Below, in pieces: positions 32,486 through 41,515 of a stretch of DNA of 64,000 nucleotides (position 1 is the first letter of the stretch; each line of letters begins with the position of its first letter). The notes beneath the pieces were generated by a model. The model was not told the DNA's origin. It did no database searches and was given only the letters and a program-made list of their open reading frames with translations. The position numbers were made by a program, and so were the translations under genes. Source of the DNA: an uncultured Dehalococcoidales bacterium (GTDB lineage Bacteria > Chloroflexota > Dehalococcoidia > Dehalococcoidales > E44-bin46); the NCBI GenBank assembly GCA_964627215.1, contig CAZVIZ010000003.1:14685-78684 (forward strand). The letters run 5' to 3'.

Positions 32486-33598
32486 TCAGGCGTAGCACCT
32501 CGCGAGTATGCCCTCCAGCTTGTTCGTTCCTGCCTTTGGGTCGCGGTTCTGCGTCCCCACCCACGTTTTAAGCTTTTTAAGCGCCTCTCCAGAGCGTACC
32601 AGGTCCCTGGCATGGTAGAAGCCCTCCCGTAGGTCCTTGGCCTGCCCTGTCAGGTAGAACATTGGGGCGGCGTTCAGGCAGGCTATCTGCTCCTTGGGGC
32701 CACGCTCCAGCGCTGCCAGCACTGCAACGAAGCTCACGGACTCCTCGTCACGGTCTGCGGATGGGCCTATCGCCTCTGGGGTAGGGCGGTCTATGCCCAG
32801 ATCCTGGGCGTTAAGGGAGAGCTTCTTTATGTCGCCTTCGGCTGTAAGCTCGGATATCATCGTGTCGCCCAGGGTAGATAGCTCGTCCATACCCCGGCCG
32901 TTGCCGTTTGAGCCGTGGAAAACCAGTGCCCTCTGGTAGCCTATGTCCCGCATCACGCGGCTCACTGGCGCCACCAGTTCTGGGGAGTGCACCCCTCGCA
33001 CCCCGTAGTGGGGTAGGGCTGGGTTGGCCAGGGAGCCGGCGATATTCAGTGTGGTGCCGAAGCGTATCTGGCTTAGTATGCGGAACAGGGCGCGGGGGTG
33101 TACCTTCGGGCTCATGCCGTTGAACATACCGATGCCAGCCTCCTCTATGCTGCGCTTCACTACGTCCACTTCGCATTCCACATCCACTCCCACCGCCTCT
33201 AGTATGTCCACCGCGCCGCAGGTGGAGGTCAGCGCCCTCGCCCCGTGTTTGGCCATGCACACGCCGCCGGCGGCGGCGATGACGGCAGCGACGGTGGAGA
33301 TATTGAACGTCTTCATGGTGTCCATGCCCGTGCCGCAGTTTTCCACCAGGGGTTGCGGGACGTCCGGTGTCACCTTCACCGTGTCCAGCTCGTATATAGC
33401 CTCCCAGGCGGCGGCTATCTCCTCTGCGGTTTCCCCCTTTGCGGTGAGAGCCGCAAGGAATGCCCCCTGTTGAAGCTCCGGCTGCTCGTCAAGGAGAACT
33501 TGACGGAACATCTCCTTGGCCTCCTCGCAACTCAGATTCTCTCCTTGAATGAGGCGGACTACAAGTGAGCCGAACTCCTTAAGCCTTTCCTCTGTCAA
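32486..33598 (-). CDS. Anthranilate-phosphoribosyltransferase-like protein (TrpD paralogue)
   Basis: KGETAEEI, CGTGMD, TFNIST, AKHGAR, GMDELS; outside a trp operon; SD AGGAGG before TTG. Confidence 0.85.
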   Translation of the reverse strand: MTEERLKEFGSLVVRLIQGENLSCEEAKEMFRQVLLDEQPELQQGAFLAALTAKGETAEEIAAAWEAIYELDTVKVTPDVPQPLVENCGTGMDTMKTFNISTVAAVIAAAGGVCMAKHGARALTSTCGAVDILEAVGVDVECEVDVVKRSIEEAGIGMFNGMSPKVHPRALFRILSQIRFGTTLNIAGSLANPALPHYGVRGVHSPELVAPVSRVMRDIGYQRALVFHGSNGNGRGMDELSTLGDTMISELTAEGDIKKLSLNAQDLGIDRPTPEAIGPSADRDEESVSFVAVLAALERGPKEQIACLNAAPMFYLTGQAKDLREGFYHARDLVRSGEALKKLKTWVGTQNRDPKAGTNKLEGILARCYA

Positions 33599-33612
33599 CT
33601 TAACCTCCTTAT

Positions 33613-34617
33613 TTAGGGGAATGTGATAATCGTTTTAAGCCCTCGACGTCCTTGGGCAAGCTCAAGACCTCGTTCCAGCCCTTCAAGCGGTAGCCGCTGT
33701 GTAATGAGGCGGCTCGCCGGCACCTCCCCCGAGGCGATGAGACTAAGTGCGCGGCGGTTCTGGCTGGCGGTGGAGCCGTATGCCCCCACCACCGCAAGCT
33801 CGCGGTAGTGGATGAGATCGCCGTTCATAGGGGTCTTGGGGCTGCCCCTTCCTCCCGAGAACAGACACAGCCGTCCTCTCGGCTTAAGCAGGGGCAGCAG
33901 TTGGGCGGGGTCGGCCTGAGAGCAGGCGGGTATTATCACGTCCACCCCCTGCCCCCCGGTCTCCTCGGCCACCGCCCTACCCAGGGGCTCGTTCTGTGAG
34001 TCTATTAAGCGGTCTATGTTAAATCCCTTAGGGGGAGCGAGCCTCTGCGGCAGTGTCTCCGCCACCAGCACGCTTTCAGCGCCGTTTGCGCGAGCCAGCG
34101 CGGCGTTTAGAAGGCCCAAAGGCCCTGCCCCCACTACTAAAACGCTGTCTCCCTGTTTAAGCCCCGCCATCTCATGGCCGTTTATAGCGCTTGCCAGCGG
34201 TTCTGCCAGGGATGCCTCCTCGTAGCTCAAGTTGGGGGGGATTGGGTTTAGTACCCCCCGCGGCGGCACGATAACCCTCTCGGCGAAGCCGCCGTGGTGG
34301 CTGAAGCCGATTATGGCGATGCGGCGGCACTGGTTCTCCGCCCCGCCCAGGCAGGGGGGACACTCTCCGCAGCATATGCCGGGGTATATCTGGACGCGCT
34401 CGCCGATGGCTTCCCCCTCTACCACCACCCCGGCCACCTCGTGGCCCAGTATGCGGGGGTATTTTAGGTCGCGGTGGCCGTTTGCAAACATCTCGGCATC
34501 AGTGGTGCATATGGAGCAGGCCTTTACCGACACCTTTGCCCCCCCAGTGGGGCAGGTCGGCTCGGCTATGTCCTCTATCGTAAGCTTAAGCGGCGCTCTC
34601 AGCAGGGCTGCCTTCAT
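33613..34617 (-). CDS. Zinc-dependent medium-chain dehydrogenase (threonine/sorbitol DH-like)
   Basis: CSICTTD, GHE, CGECPPC..QC, EPLA, GAGPLG; ATG 34617 after GGAGAAGGGG. Confidence 0.92.
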   Translation of the reverse strand: MKAALLRAPLKLTIEDIAEPTCPTGGAKVSVKACSICTTDAEMFANGHRDLKYPRILGHEVAGVVVEGEAIGERVQIYPGICCGECPPCLGGAENQCRRIAIIGFSHHGGFAERVIVPPRGVLNPIPPNLSYEEASLAEPLASAINGHEMAGLKQGDSVLVVGAGPLGLLNAALARANGAESVLVAETLPQRLAPPKGFNIDRLIDSQNEPLGRAVAEETGGQGVDVIIPACSQADPAQLLPLLKPRGRLCLFSGGRGSPKTPMNGDLIHYRELAVVGAYGSTASQNRRALSLIASGEVPASRLITQRLPLEGLERGLELAQGRRGLKTIITFP

Positions 34618-34630
34618 ATACCCCTTCTCC

Positions 34631-34671
34631 AAAATAAGAAAATCCCTGAACCGCGTTCGGCTCAGGGATTT
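34631..34671 (-). terminator. Riboswitch expression-platform terminator
   Basis: Minus strand AAATCCCTGAGCCG-aacg-CGGTTCAGGGATTT then U-rich TCTTATTTT. Confidence 0.85.
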
Positions 34672-34710
34672 GCCATCTCCCCTAAAGCCCCCCAACCCGA
34701 GGGTGCTGAT

Positions 34711-34886
34711 GGTCCGTCGGCAGGTCTTCTGGCTTCCGGCTAAAACCTACTTCTCGGGGCCTTCCCTCCCCGCTTAAGGCGAGGAAGTGGCGTAATTCCG
34801 AGTTTCGTAACCGGTTACAGCGGCGGGACCGCACCCGATTTAAACGGGTTTCCCTTTTAAGCCCCCGTAGGGGGGCGCCGACGACC
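34711..34886 (-). ncRNA. Cobalamin (AdoCbl) riboswitch
   Basis: Minus strand AAAAGGGAA..CCCGCCGCTGTAA..GCCACT..GGGAAGG..B12 box AGCCAGAAGACCTGCC; closing stem GGTCGTCGGC/GCCGACGGACC. Confidence 0.93.
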
Positions 34887-34908
34887 GCTTGTATCAAAAG
34901 CTTGAGGT

Positions 34909-34937
34909 ATGATACATAATAAAGGCTTCTTTGTCAA
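34909..34937 (-). promoter_or_regulatory. Sigma70 promoter of the riboswitch operon
   Basis: TTGACA-17 nt-TATCAT on the minus strand just upstream of the aptamer. Confidence 0.8.
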
Positions 34938-35052
34938 GCAGTCTTTAATGCGGGAAAGCGCCCTTGCCCTTTATTGTTGACCGTAATGGTATAATAAACG
35001 TATAGGGGGGTGAGGTGGGGCTGGCGAGCGACAAAGAAAGATAAGAGATATC

Positions 35053-35658
35053 TTGAATATAGGTTGTATCATCCTTGCTGGGGGCAAGGGCTTACGTTTG
35101 GGGCGAGATAAGGCCTCGGGTATTATCGGTGGTAAGTGCCTGCTGGAGTGGGTGGTGGATGCCGTTGCCTCCCTGGATGGCGACATAATGGTAGTCACCG
35201 CGGTGGGGCAGTCCTTCCCTGGCCTGGAGGAGCGCACAGGCCTTCAGGTGCTTACCGATATATACCCTGGAAAGGGCCCCCTGGGCGGCATCTATACAGG
35301 CCTTAAGGCTTCAAGGGCTTATCACAACATCGTAGTTGCCTGTGACATGCCCTTCCTGAAGGGGCGGTTGCTACGCCATATGGCTGACGTGGCAGAGGGT
35401 TTCGATATGGTCCTGCCCAGGCTGGGTGAGATGGTGGAGCCGCTCTGCGCCGTTTATTCCAAGGGGTGTCTTGCGCCCATAGAGATATTGCTGGGGCGGG
35501 GGGAACTCAGACTGCGGGGGCTACTGCCGATGGTGAAGGTCAGGTATTTGGAGGAGGAGGAAATAGACAGGTTCGACCCCGAGCACCTGAGTTTCTTTAA
35601 CGTGAACAACAACTCTGATATGGAGAGAGCCGAGTCCCTGGCAAGGAGCGAGCTATGA
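35053..35658 (+). CDS. mobA: Molybdenum cofactor guanylyltransferase
   Basis: ILAGGKGLRLGRDKA, GPLGGI, ACDMPF, EPLCAVY, FFNVN. Confidence 0.92.
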   Translation: MNIGCIILAGGKGLRLGRDKASGIIGGKCLLEWVVDAVASLDGDIMVVTAVGQSFPGLEERTGLQVLTDIYPGKGPLGGIYTGLKASRAYHNIVVACDMPFLKGRLLRHMADVAEGFDMVLPRLGEMVEPLCAVYSKGCLAPIEILLGRGELRLRGLLPMVKVRYLEEEEIDRFDPEHLSFFNVNNNSDMERAESLARSEL

Positions 35659-36899
35659 TAACCGTGGATCAGGCACTAGAGCGTATTTTGAGCTACGTGG
35701 ACGTCCTCTCAGAGGAGGATAACCCTATATTGGAGGCACTGGGGCAGGTGGTTAGCCAGGACGTTACCTCTGCTATAGACGTGCCTCCGCTGGATAACTC
35801 GGCCATGGACGGCTATGCGGTGCGGGCGGCCGATACGGCGGGCGCCTCTTCCGAGGAACCCCGCGTCCTCCGTGTCATAGACAGCGTGGCCGCTGGCTAT
35901 GTGTCACGCTCCATTGTGGAGGAAGGCACCGCTGTGCGCATTATGACCGGCGCGCCCGTGCCCCCGGGCGCGGACGCCGTGGTCAAGTTTGAGGACAGCG
36001 ACGAATGCCAGCGCCAGGGTCACCCCCAAGAGATAGGCATCCTCCACGCCGCTGGTAAGGGAGACAACATCCGCCGCGCTGGGGAGGACATTGCCCGGGG
36101 TGGGGTGGTGCTTAAGCGGGGTACGCTGCTAAGGCCCCAGGAGGTAGGCGTATTGGCCTCCCTGGGCATGGTGAATGTGAGCGTGTTCCGCCGCCCCGTG
36201 GTGGCCATACTGGCCACAGGGGATGAGCTGGTGGATATAGGTGAGCCTCTGCCCGAGGGCAAGATATACAACAGCAATACATATGGCTTAGCGGCCCAGG
36301 TGAGGCGCTATGGCGCCCTGCCTCAAGTGCTGGGCATAGCCCGCGATCGCGAGGACTCGGTGATAGCAGGGTTGCGGCGGGGCCTGGACGCCGACATACT
36401 CATAACGAGTGGTGGGGTCTCGGTGGGGGACTACGACTTGGTGAAGGACGTTTTAGCCCAGCAGGGCAAGATAGATTTCTGGACGATTAAGATGAAACCG
36501 GGCAAGCCCATAGCCTTCGGTGTGATAGATGGCGAGTGCGGTCGGCAAGTGCCCCACGTGGGCCTGCCGGGGAACCCTGTAAGCTCTATGATCTCCTTTG
36601 AGCTTTTTATCCGCCCCGCCATACTCAAAATGATGGGGAGACACGATCTGGCCAAGCCTGTAATTAAGGCGGTGGTGGAGGAGGCGGTGGTGAACAGCGA
36701 CGGGCGCCGCATGTTCACCCGTGTCAAGGTGGAGAATAGGGGCGAGGGCTACGTCGCCCACGTCACCGGCCCCCAAGGGTCGGGCATTCTGACCTCCATG
36801 ACGTCTGCGAATGGGCTTATGATTATACCCGAGGATACGGATGGTGTGAGAGCAGGGGATGTGGTTGATGTAATGATGCTTGATTGGGCAGGGAGTTAA
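35655..36899 (+). CDS. moeA: Molybdopterin molybdotransferase MoeA
   Basis: SAMDGYAV, IMTGA, TGDEL, SGGVSVGDYD, GLPGNPVS. Confidence 0.96.
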   Translation: MITVDQALERILSYVDVLSEEDNPILEALGQVVSQDVTSAIDVPPLDNSAMDGYAVRAADTAGASSEEPRVLRVIDSVAAGYVSRSIVEEGTAVRIMTGAPVPPGADAVVKFEDSDECQRQGHPQEIGILHAAGKGDNIRRAGEDIARGGVVLKRGTLLRPQEVGVLASLGMVNVSVFRRPVVAILATGDELVDIGEPLPEGKIYNSNTYGLAAQVRRYGALPQVLGIARDREDSVIAGLRRGLDADILITSGGVSVGDYDLVKDVLAQQGKIDFWTIKMKPGKPIAFGVIDGECGRQVPHVGLPGNPVSSMISFELFIRPAILKMMGRHDLAKPVIKAVVEEAVVNSDGRRMFTRVKVENRGEGYVAHVTGPQGSGILTSMTSANGLMIIPEDTDGVRAGDVVDVMMLDWAGS

Positions 36900-36902
36900 G
36901 CG

Positions 36903-37619
36903 GTGATATTCCGTGATTCCGAGTTCGTCTTTGAGCCGCCGGCGGTGGTGGCGCGGGCGCGGCGAATACTCATTAAGCCCAGCGCTTCGTCTCCCTTGCC
37001 GTATCCGGTGAGCACCAGCCCTGAAATGCTGGTGGCTATCATAGACGGCATCAGGAGGGTGAGCGAGGCAGATATCATTCTGCTGGAGGGCACGCCGGAC
37101 GGCAGTCCCATCCAGTCCGTCTATCACTCTTTGGGCTACGAATTCCCCCGCGTTCTCACCCTGGACGTGAATAGCTGTGTATGGGTGGAGGTGGATAACC
37201 CCCTGCCCAAGCCCTCGGTTATGCCCACCTTCTGGGTGCCCAACGTGGTCCTCTCCAGCGACTACCTGATAAGCGTGGTTCCGTTGAAGGTGGTGGATGG
37301 CCTGGGTTATTTAAGCCTGATGAACCTGCTCTCCCTGCTCCCCGTGGAGAAGTACGGCAATGGCCTGGTCGATCTATATCAGCTGGGCATAGAACAGGTG
37401 GTGGCCGACCTCTATTTCACACTGCCCTTTGACCTGGGTATCATAGAGGCGCGGCAGAGGTTCGTCGGGGACAACTCCGTTAATGGGAAGGCTGAGGAGT
37501 GCGGCAAGATATTCGTCGGCGAGCCATTCCACGCTGACTGCGAGGTATCGGAGACGCTGGGTATCAAGATTCCCTACCTGGACTGGATAGCCGCCTCCAA
37601 GATAGGGTTTGAGTCCTGA
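36903..37619 (+). CDS. DUF362-like protein (divergent)
   Basis: ILIKPS, STSPEM, LLEG, DYLISVVPLK..SLMNL layout resembles DUF362. Confidence 0.6.
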   Translation: MIFRDSEFVFEPPAVVARARRILIKPSASSPLPYPVSTSPEMLVAIIDGIRRVSEADIILLEGTPDGSPIQSVYHSLGYEFPRVLTLDVNSCVWVEVDNPLPKPSVMPTFWVPNVVLSSDYLISVVPLKVVDGLGYLSLMNLLSLLPVEKYGNGLVDLYQLGIEQVVADLYFTLPFDLGIIEARQRFVGDNSVNGKAEECGKIFVGEPFHADCEVSETLGIKIPYLDWIAASKIGFES

Positions 37620-37633
37620 GAGGGGTATGGTAT

Positions 37634-38041
37634 ATGCTTATGGACAGTAATATGGATGTGACCGATATGGCTTCACGGCGCTGGTTCATTGATCTCGGTT
37701 GGTATGAGGAGAACGCTCGTTCCTTCGTCTCGCTGGCCAAGGGCTGTCTCTGCTATGAGCACCGCAGACTGTGGGAGGATGGCGGGCTTGCCGCAGATGA
37801 TTTTCTGGCCACCATCAGGGATTGCTGCTCCGCCGCTGAGGGCTTCATCACTGCCAACACCCCCATCCTGGAGACCGTGTTCCGTCTGTTGCTGTCCCGT
37901 GGCAATGAGCCACTAACCTTGGGAGAGCTTGTGGATATGGTGCGGGAGCACCACGGTGGGGGATATGCTGCCTCCCCTGGAGCATTAAATCGCCTGCTGG
38001 CGGAGGACCGCTTCTACGGCTTTGCGCCTTCCGGGGATTAA
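37634..38041 (+). CDS. Hypothetical protein, Cys-containing
   Basis: Operon spacing, SD-like GAGGGG; CLC..H and CC motifs. Confidence 0.7.
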   Translation: MLMDSNMDVTDMASRRWFIDLGWYEENARSFVSLAKGCLCYEHRRLWEDGGLAADDFLATIRDCCSAAEGFITANTPILETVFRLLLSRGNEPLTLGELVDMVREHHGGGYAASPGALNRLLAEDRFYGFAPSGD

Positions 38042-38057
38042 GCCCCGCCAACTGTGG

Positions 38058-38354
38058 CTAGCATATCACTCGGAAGTCCTTGTATTCGTTGCTATATTCT
38101 GTCCAGTCAGTGATAACCCGGTTTACATCTGCTGACGGCGGGCCCACCTTCAGGTGGCTTAACAGCCTCACCAGTCTCTCCCTCTCTCCCTCGGCTACCA
38201 CCTCCACTGCCTCTATGCCGCTCATATTGCGCGTGTAGCCCGTAAGTCCCAGCTCTATGGCGTGGCGACAGGCGAAGTCACGGTAATAGACTCCCTGAAC
38301 GTGTCCGTAGACCACTGCCCTAAGCCCAGCCATATCACCCATGTCTTCTTTCAC
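38058..38354 (-). CDS. acyP: Acylphosphatase
   Basis: GHVQGVYYR, GYTRN, VEVVAEG, GPPSA; exact start uncertain. Confidence 0.92.
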   Translation of the reverse strand: MKEDMGDMAGLRAVVYGHVQGVYYRDFACRHAIELGLTGYTRNMSGIEAVEVVAEGERERLVRLLSHLKVGPPSADVNRVITDWTEYSNEYKDFRVIC

Positions 38355-38384
38355 CCGTCGTCGCCCTTGCCCGTGTGGAGGAAG

Positions 38385-38528
38385 TTATTCCTCTTTAGGC
38401 TCTTTCTTTCCCTTGTTCTTGATTATCTCCACTGGGGGAGGGGTGTGGAAGATGCTTTCGCTGGATAGCTTTTTGGCGTCCTTCTTAGGCTTCTTTGTCT
38501 CTCTGTGTCTGTAATCCCTCTTTCCCAT
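38385..38528 (-). CDS. 47-aa Lys-rich small protein (below ORF-track cutoff)
   Basis: MGKRDYRHRETKKPKKDAKKLSSESIFHTPPPVEIIKNKGKKEPKEE; SD GAGAGGTG 5 nt before ATG; co-oriented with rnc and acyP. Confidence 0.72.
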   Translation of the reverse strand: MGKRDYRHRETKKPKKDAKKLSSESIFHTPPPVEIIKNKGKKEPKEE

Positions 38529-38606
38529 AATGGCACCTCTCGTGTATAAAAAGATTCAGGTAACTCTCTATTCTGAAGTTTAGCTCAAGTGGGCTGGGGT
38601 GTAAAG

Positions 38607-39296
38607 TTAGTCCTTAAGCTTCTTAAGTGCCTGGTGAGCAGCCTCAATCTCAGCCGCTTTCTTGCTCTTGCCGCTGCCCCTGCCCAGCACGGTTCCTCCC
38701 ACCTTGGCCTCTACGGTGAACCGCTTGTCGTGGTCAGGGCCCTCGGATTCCACCACGTGGTATGATGGCGTCCTCTGCACCCTGGCCTGTATTATCTCCT
38801 GAAGCTGTGACTTGTAGTTGGCCTCGCCGCCCTTGGTGACGATGTTCTTGAACTCTTCCCGGAACAGTTTGAGGATAAACCCCTTCACCACCTCCTGCCC
38901 TTGGTCCAGGAACACGGCGGCTATGAGCGATTCCAGGGCGCCGGCCAGGTTTATCGGCTTGTCGCAGCCACCGCTCCCCTTCTCCCCCCGCCCCAGGTAG
39001 AGGAAGTCTCCCAGGTGGATGGTTCTGGCCAGGCGTGCCAATGTCTCGCGGCGCACCAGGTCGGAGCGGAGCTTGGTCATCTCGCCCTCGTCGCAGGAGG
39101 GCAGGTCGTGGTAAAGCCTCTCCGTTATCACCATGTCCAGTACGGCGTCACCCAGGAACTCCAGTCGCTCGTTGGAGGTGGGGGCTATGTGAGGGTTCTC
39201 ATTTACGTAGGAACTGTGAACCAGAGACCGTTCCAGCAGCGAGGCATCTATAAAATCCACGCCTATCGTCTTTTGTAGGGTGGCTAAATCAGCCAC
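38607..39296 (-). CDS. rnc: Ribonuclease III
   Basis: NERLEFLGDAVL, dsRBD NYKSQLQE..GPDH..GKSKKAAE; GTG start after GGGGAG. Confidence 0.97.
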   Translation of the reverse strand: MADLATLQKTIGVDFIDASLLERSLVHSSYVNENPHIAPTSNERLEFLGDAVLDMVITERLYHDLPSCDEGEMTKLRSDLVRRETLARLARTIHLGDFLYLGRGEKGSGGCDKPINLAGALESLIAAVFLDQGQEVVKGFILKLFREEFKNIVTKGGEANYKSQLQEIIQARVQRTPSYHVVESEGPDHDKRFTVEAKVGGTVLGRGSGKSKKAAEIEAAHQALKKLKD

Positions 39297-39428
39297 GGTA
39301 TGCTCTCCCCGTTTCAGTGTAGCTTGATTTAGCATAAACACTGCGTGCTATCCTGTCAAATTAGGTTGCCGTGTGACCGGCGCCGTTGTTGCTTTATTGA
39401 CGAGCGTGTTATAATACCGCTGAGGCAC

Positions 39429-39502
39429 TGGGGAATCGTCTAGTGGTAGGACGGCGGACTCTGGATCCGTAAGGGAAGGTTCGAATCCTTCTTCCCCAGC
39501 CA
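39429..39502 (+). tRNA. tRNA-Gln(CTG)
   Basis: TGGGGAA..GCGGA-CT-CTG-GA-TCCGT..GGTTCGAATCC..TTCCCCA-GCCA. Confidence 0.96.
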
Positions 39503-39512
39503 TATTTTATGC

Positions 39513-39589
39513 GGCGCATTCGTCTAGTGGCTTAGGACACCGCCCTCTCAAGGCGGAGATCACGGGTTCGAATCCCGTATGCGCTACCA
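39513..39589 (+). tRNA. tRNA-Glu(CTC)
   Basis: GGCGCAT..CCGCC-CT-CTC-AA-GGCGG..GGTTCGAATCC..ATGCGCT-ACCA. Confidence 0.96.
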
Positions 39590-39600
39590 AGCAAGATTAG

Positions 39601-39627
39601 AGGGGGAGCATCTCGCTCCCCCTTTTT
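39601..39627 (+). terminator. Intrinsic terminator after tRNA-Gln/Glu
   Basis: AGGGGGAGC-atctc-GCTCCCCCT-TTTT. Confidence 0.85.
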
Positions 39628-39674
39628 GATGCGTCTTCTCGCCCCGTGCCTGCGGGCAGCATTTCATCTCTTCC

Positions 39675-39703
39675 TTGACTTTTAGCCTGGCCATTCCTAT
39701 AAT
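39675..39703 (+). promoter_or_regulatory. Sigma70 promoter of the tRNA-tuf operon
   Basis: TTGACT-17 nt-TATAAT. Confidence 0.8.
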
Positions 39704-39747
39704 ATTCGGGTTGGTTATTTTAGGGTGGGAAAGCCTCGAGAGGCGGT

Positions 39748-39820
39748 GCCCGAGTGGCGCAATGGTAGCGCAACCGACTTGTAATCGGTAGGTTAGTGGG
39801 TTCGAATCCCCTCTCGGGCT
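39748..39820 (+). tRNA. tRNA-Thr(TGT)
   Basis: GCCCGAG..ACCGA-CT-TGT-AA-TCGGT..TTCGAAT..CTCGGGC-T; irregular T-stem. Confidence 0.9.
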
Positions 39821-39848
39821 TGGTTGTTTAGTGGGGGTGGCTATGTGG

Positions 39849-39932
39849 GGAGGGGTGCCGGAGTGGTTAATCGGAGCAGTCTGTAAAACTGCCGCCTTTA
39901 GGGCTACGCAGGTTCGAATCCTGCCCCCTCCA
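39849..39932 (+). tRNA. tRNA-Tyr(GTA)
   Basis: GGAGGGG..GCAGT-CT-GTA-AA-ACTGC, long variable arm, GGTTCGAATCC. Confidence 0.95.
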
Positions 39933-40017
39933 GTCTGTCCGTGTTGAAGTTGGCACTGGACACTGTGTGAGCTAATTCTATATAATGAATATCTAATAAT
40001 ATCAATGAGGAGAGAGC

Positions 40018-40090
40018 GCCCACATAGCTCAGTTGGTAGAGCGCGTTCTTGGTAAGAACGAGGTCAGCAGTTCGAATCTGCTTGTGGGCT
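40018..40090 (+). tRNA. tRNA-Thr(GGT)
   Basis: GCCCACA..CGTTC-TT-GGT-AA-GAACG..TTCGAAT..TGTGGGC-T. Confidence 0.95.
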
Positions 40091-40113
40091 GTCTAAAAGG
40101 GGGCTAAAGAAAA

Positions 40114-41316
40114 ATGGGAAAACAGAAGTTTGAGCGTACTAAGCCGCATTGTAACGTGGGCACCATCGGTCATGTAGACCATGGCAAAACGACACTGACG
40201 GCGGCGATAACGATGGTCTTGTCCAAGGCGGGCTTCGCCGACTTCCGTGCCTTTGAGAGCATCGATAATGCGCCCGAGGAGAAGGCGAGGGGTCTTACCA
40301 TCGCCATCGCCCATGTGGAGTATGAGACAGATAAACGGCACTATGCCCATATAGACTGTCCCGGGCATGCCGACTTTGTTAAGAATATGATCACCGGCGC
40401 CGCCCAGATGGATGGGGCCATAATGGTGGTCAGCGCCCCTGATGGCCCTATGCCTCAGACCAGGGAGCATTTGCTCCTGGCCCGCCAGGTTGAGGTTCCC
40501 GCAATGGTGGTTGCCCTCAATAAGGTGGATATGATGGACGACGAGGAGCTGCTGGAGCTGGTGGAGATGGAGATGAGGGAGCTCCTTTCCAAGCACAAGT
40601 TCCCCGGCGACGAGGTTCCTATCGTCAGGCTGAGCGCGATTAAGGCTCTGGAGTGCGGCTGCGGCAAGAGGGATTGCGAGTGGTGCGGCAAGATATGGGA
40701 GCTTATGGATCAGGTGGATTCATACATCCCCGTTCCGGATCGTCCCAAGGACAAGCCTTTCCTTATGGCAATAGAGGATGTGTTCAGCATCAAGGGTCGC
40801 GGCACTGTGATCACCGGTAGGGTTGATCGCGGCATCGTCAATCCCGGCGATGAGGTAGAGATAGTCGGTCTTCACCACGAGCCTTTCAAGACTGTGGTCA
40901 CCAGCCTGGAGATGTTCCACAAGACCTTGGAGAATGCCGAGCCTGGCGATGCCGTCGGCTGTCTGGTCAGAGGGCTGGAGAGGACGGATGTGGAGAGGGG
41001 TCAGGTTCTCGCTGCCCCCGGCACCATAAAGCCCCACACCGAGGCCGAGGCCGAGATATATGTATTAAGCAAGGATGAGGGGGGTAGACATACCCCGTTC
41101 TTCACCGGATATAAGCCGCAGTTCTATATCGGCACCGCCGATGTAACCGGCGAGATTACATTACCCGATGGCGTGGAGATGGTTATGCCTGGAGATAACA
41201 TCACCATGACTATGAAGCTCATCTATCCGGTGGCCCTGGAGAAGGGTCTCAGATTCGCTGTCAGGGAGGGGGGCAAGACGGTAGGTGCTGGTAGCATAAG
41301 CCGTATCGTCAAGTAA
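40114..41316 (+). CDS. tuf: Elongation factor Tu
   Basis: [38 protein letters not shown]. Confidence 0.99.
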   Translation: MGKQKFERTKPHCNVGTIGHVDHGKTTLTAAITMVLSKAGFADFRAFESIDNAPEEKARGLTIAIAHVEYETDKRHYAHIDCPGHADFVKNMITGAAQMDGAIMVVSAPDGPMPQTREHLLLARQVEVPAMVVALNKVDMMDDEELLELVEMEMRELLSKHKFPGDEVPIVRLSAIKALECGCGKRDCEWCGKIWELMDQVDSYIPVPDRPKDKPFLMAIEDVFSIKGRGTVITGRVDRGIVNPGDEVEIVGLHHEPFKTVVTSLEMFHKTLENAEPGDAVGCLVRGLERTDVERGQVLAAPGTIKPHTEAEAEIYVLSKDEGGRHTPFFTGYKPQFYIGTADVTGEITLPDGVEMVMPGDNITMTMKLIYPVALEKGLRFAVREGGKTVGAGSISRIVK

Positions 41317-41325
41317 CATAGGGCT

Positions 41326-41493
41326 ATGGCTAGAAAAGCAGAGGCTAGGATTGTTATTCATCTTGCCTGTGGTGAGTGCAAGGAGCAGACCTACACCACC
41401 TCCAAGAACAGGAAGAACGATACCCAGCGTTTGGAATTGAATAAGTATTGCCCGCGCTGTCGCAAGTGTACCCCTCATAAAGAGGTGAAGTAG
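41326..41493 (+). CDS. rpmG: 50S ribosomal protein L33, Zn-binding form (not in ORF track)
   Basis: [55 protein letters not shown]. Confidence 0.96.
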   Translation: MARKAEARIVIHLACGECKEQTYTTSKNRKNDTQRLELNKYCPRCRKCTPHKEVK

Positions 41494-41515
41494 CCCGTAA
41501 AGGGTTCCTTATACT

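Noticed and set aside
34996..35052. Possible Moco/Wco riboswitch before mobA
   Set aside because: Leader is under 60 nt and shows no suitable structure
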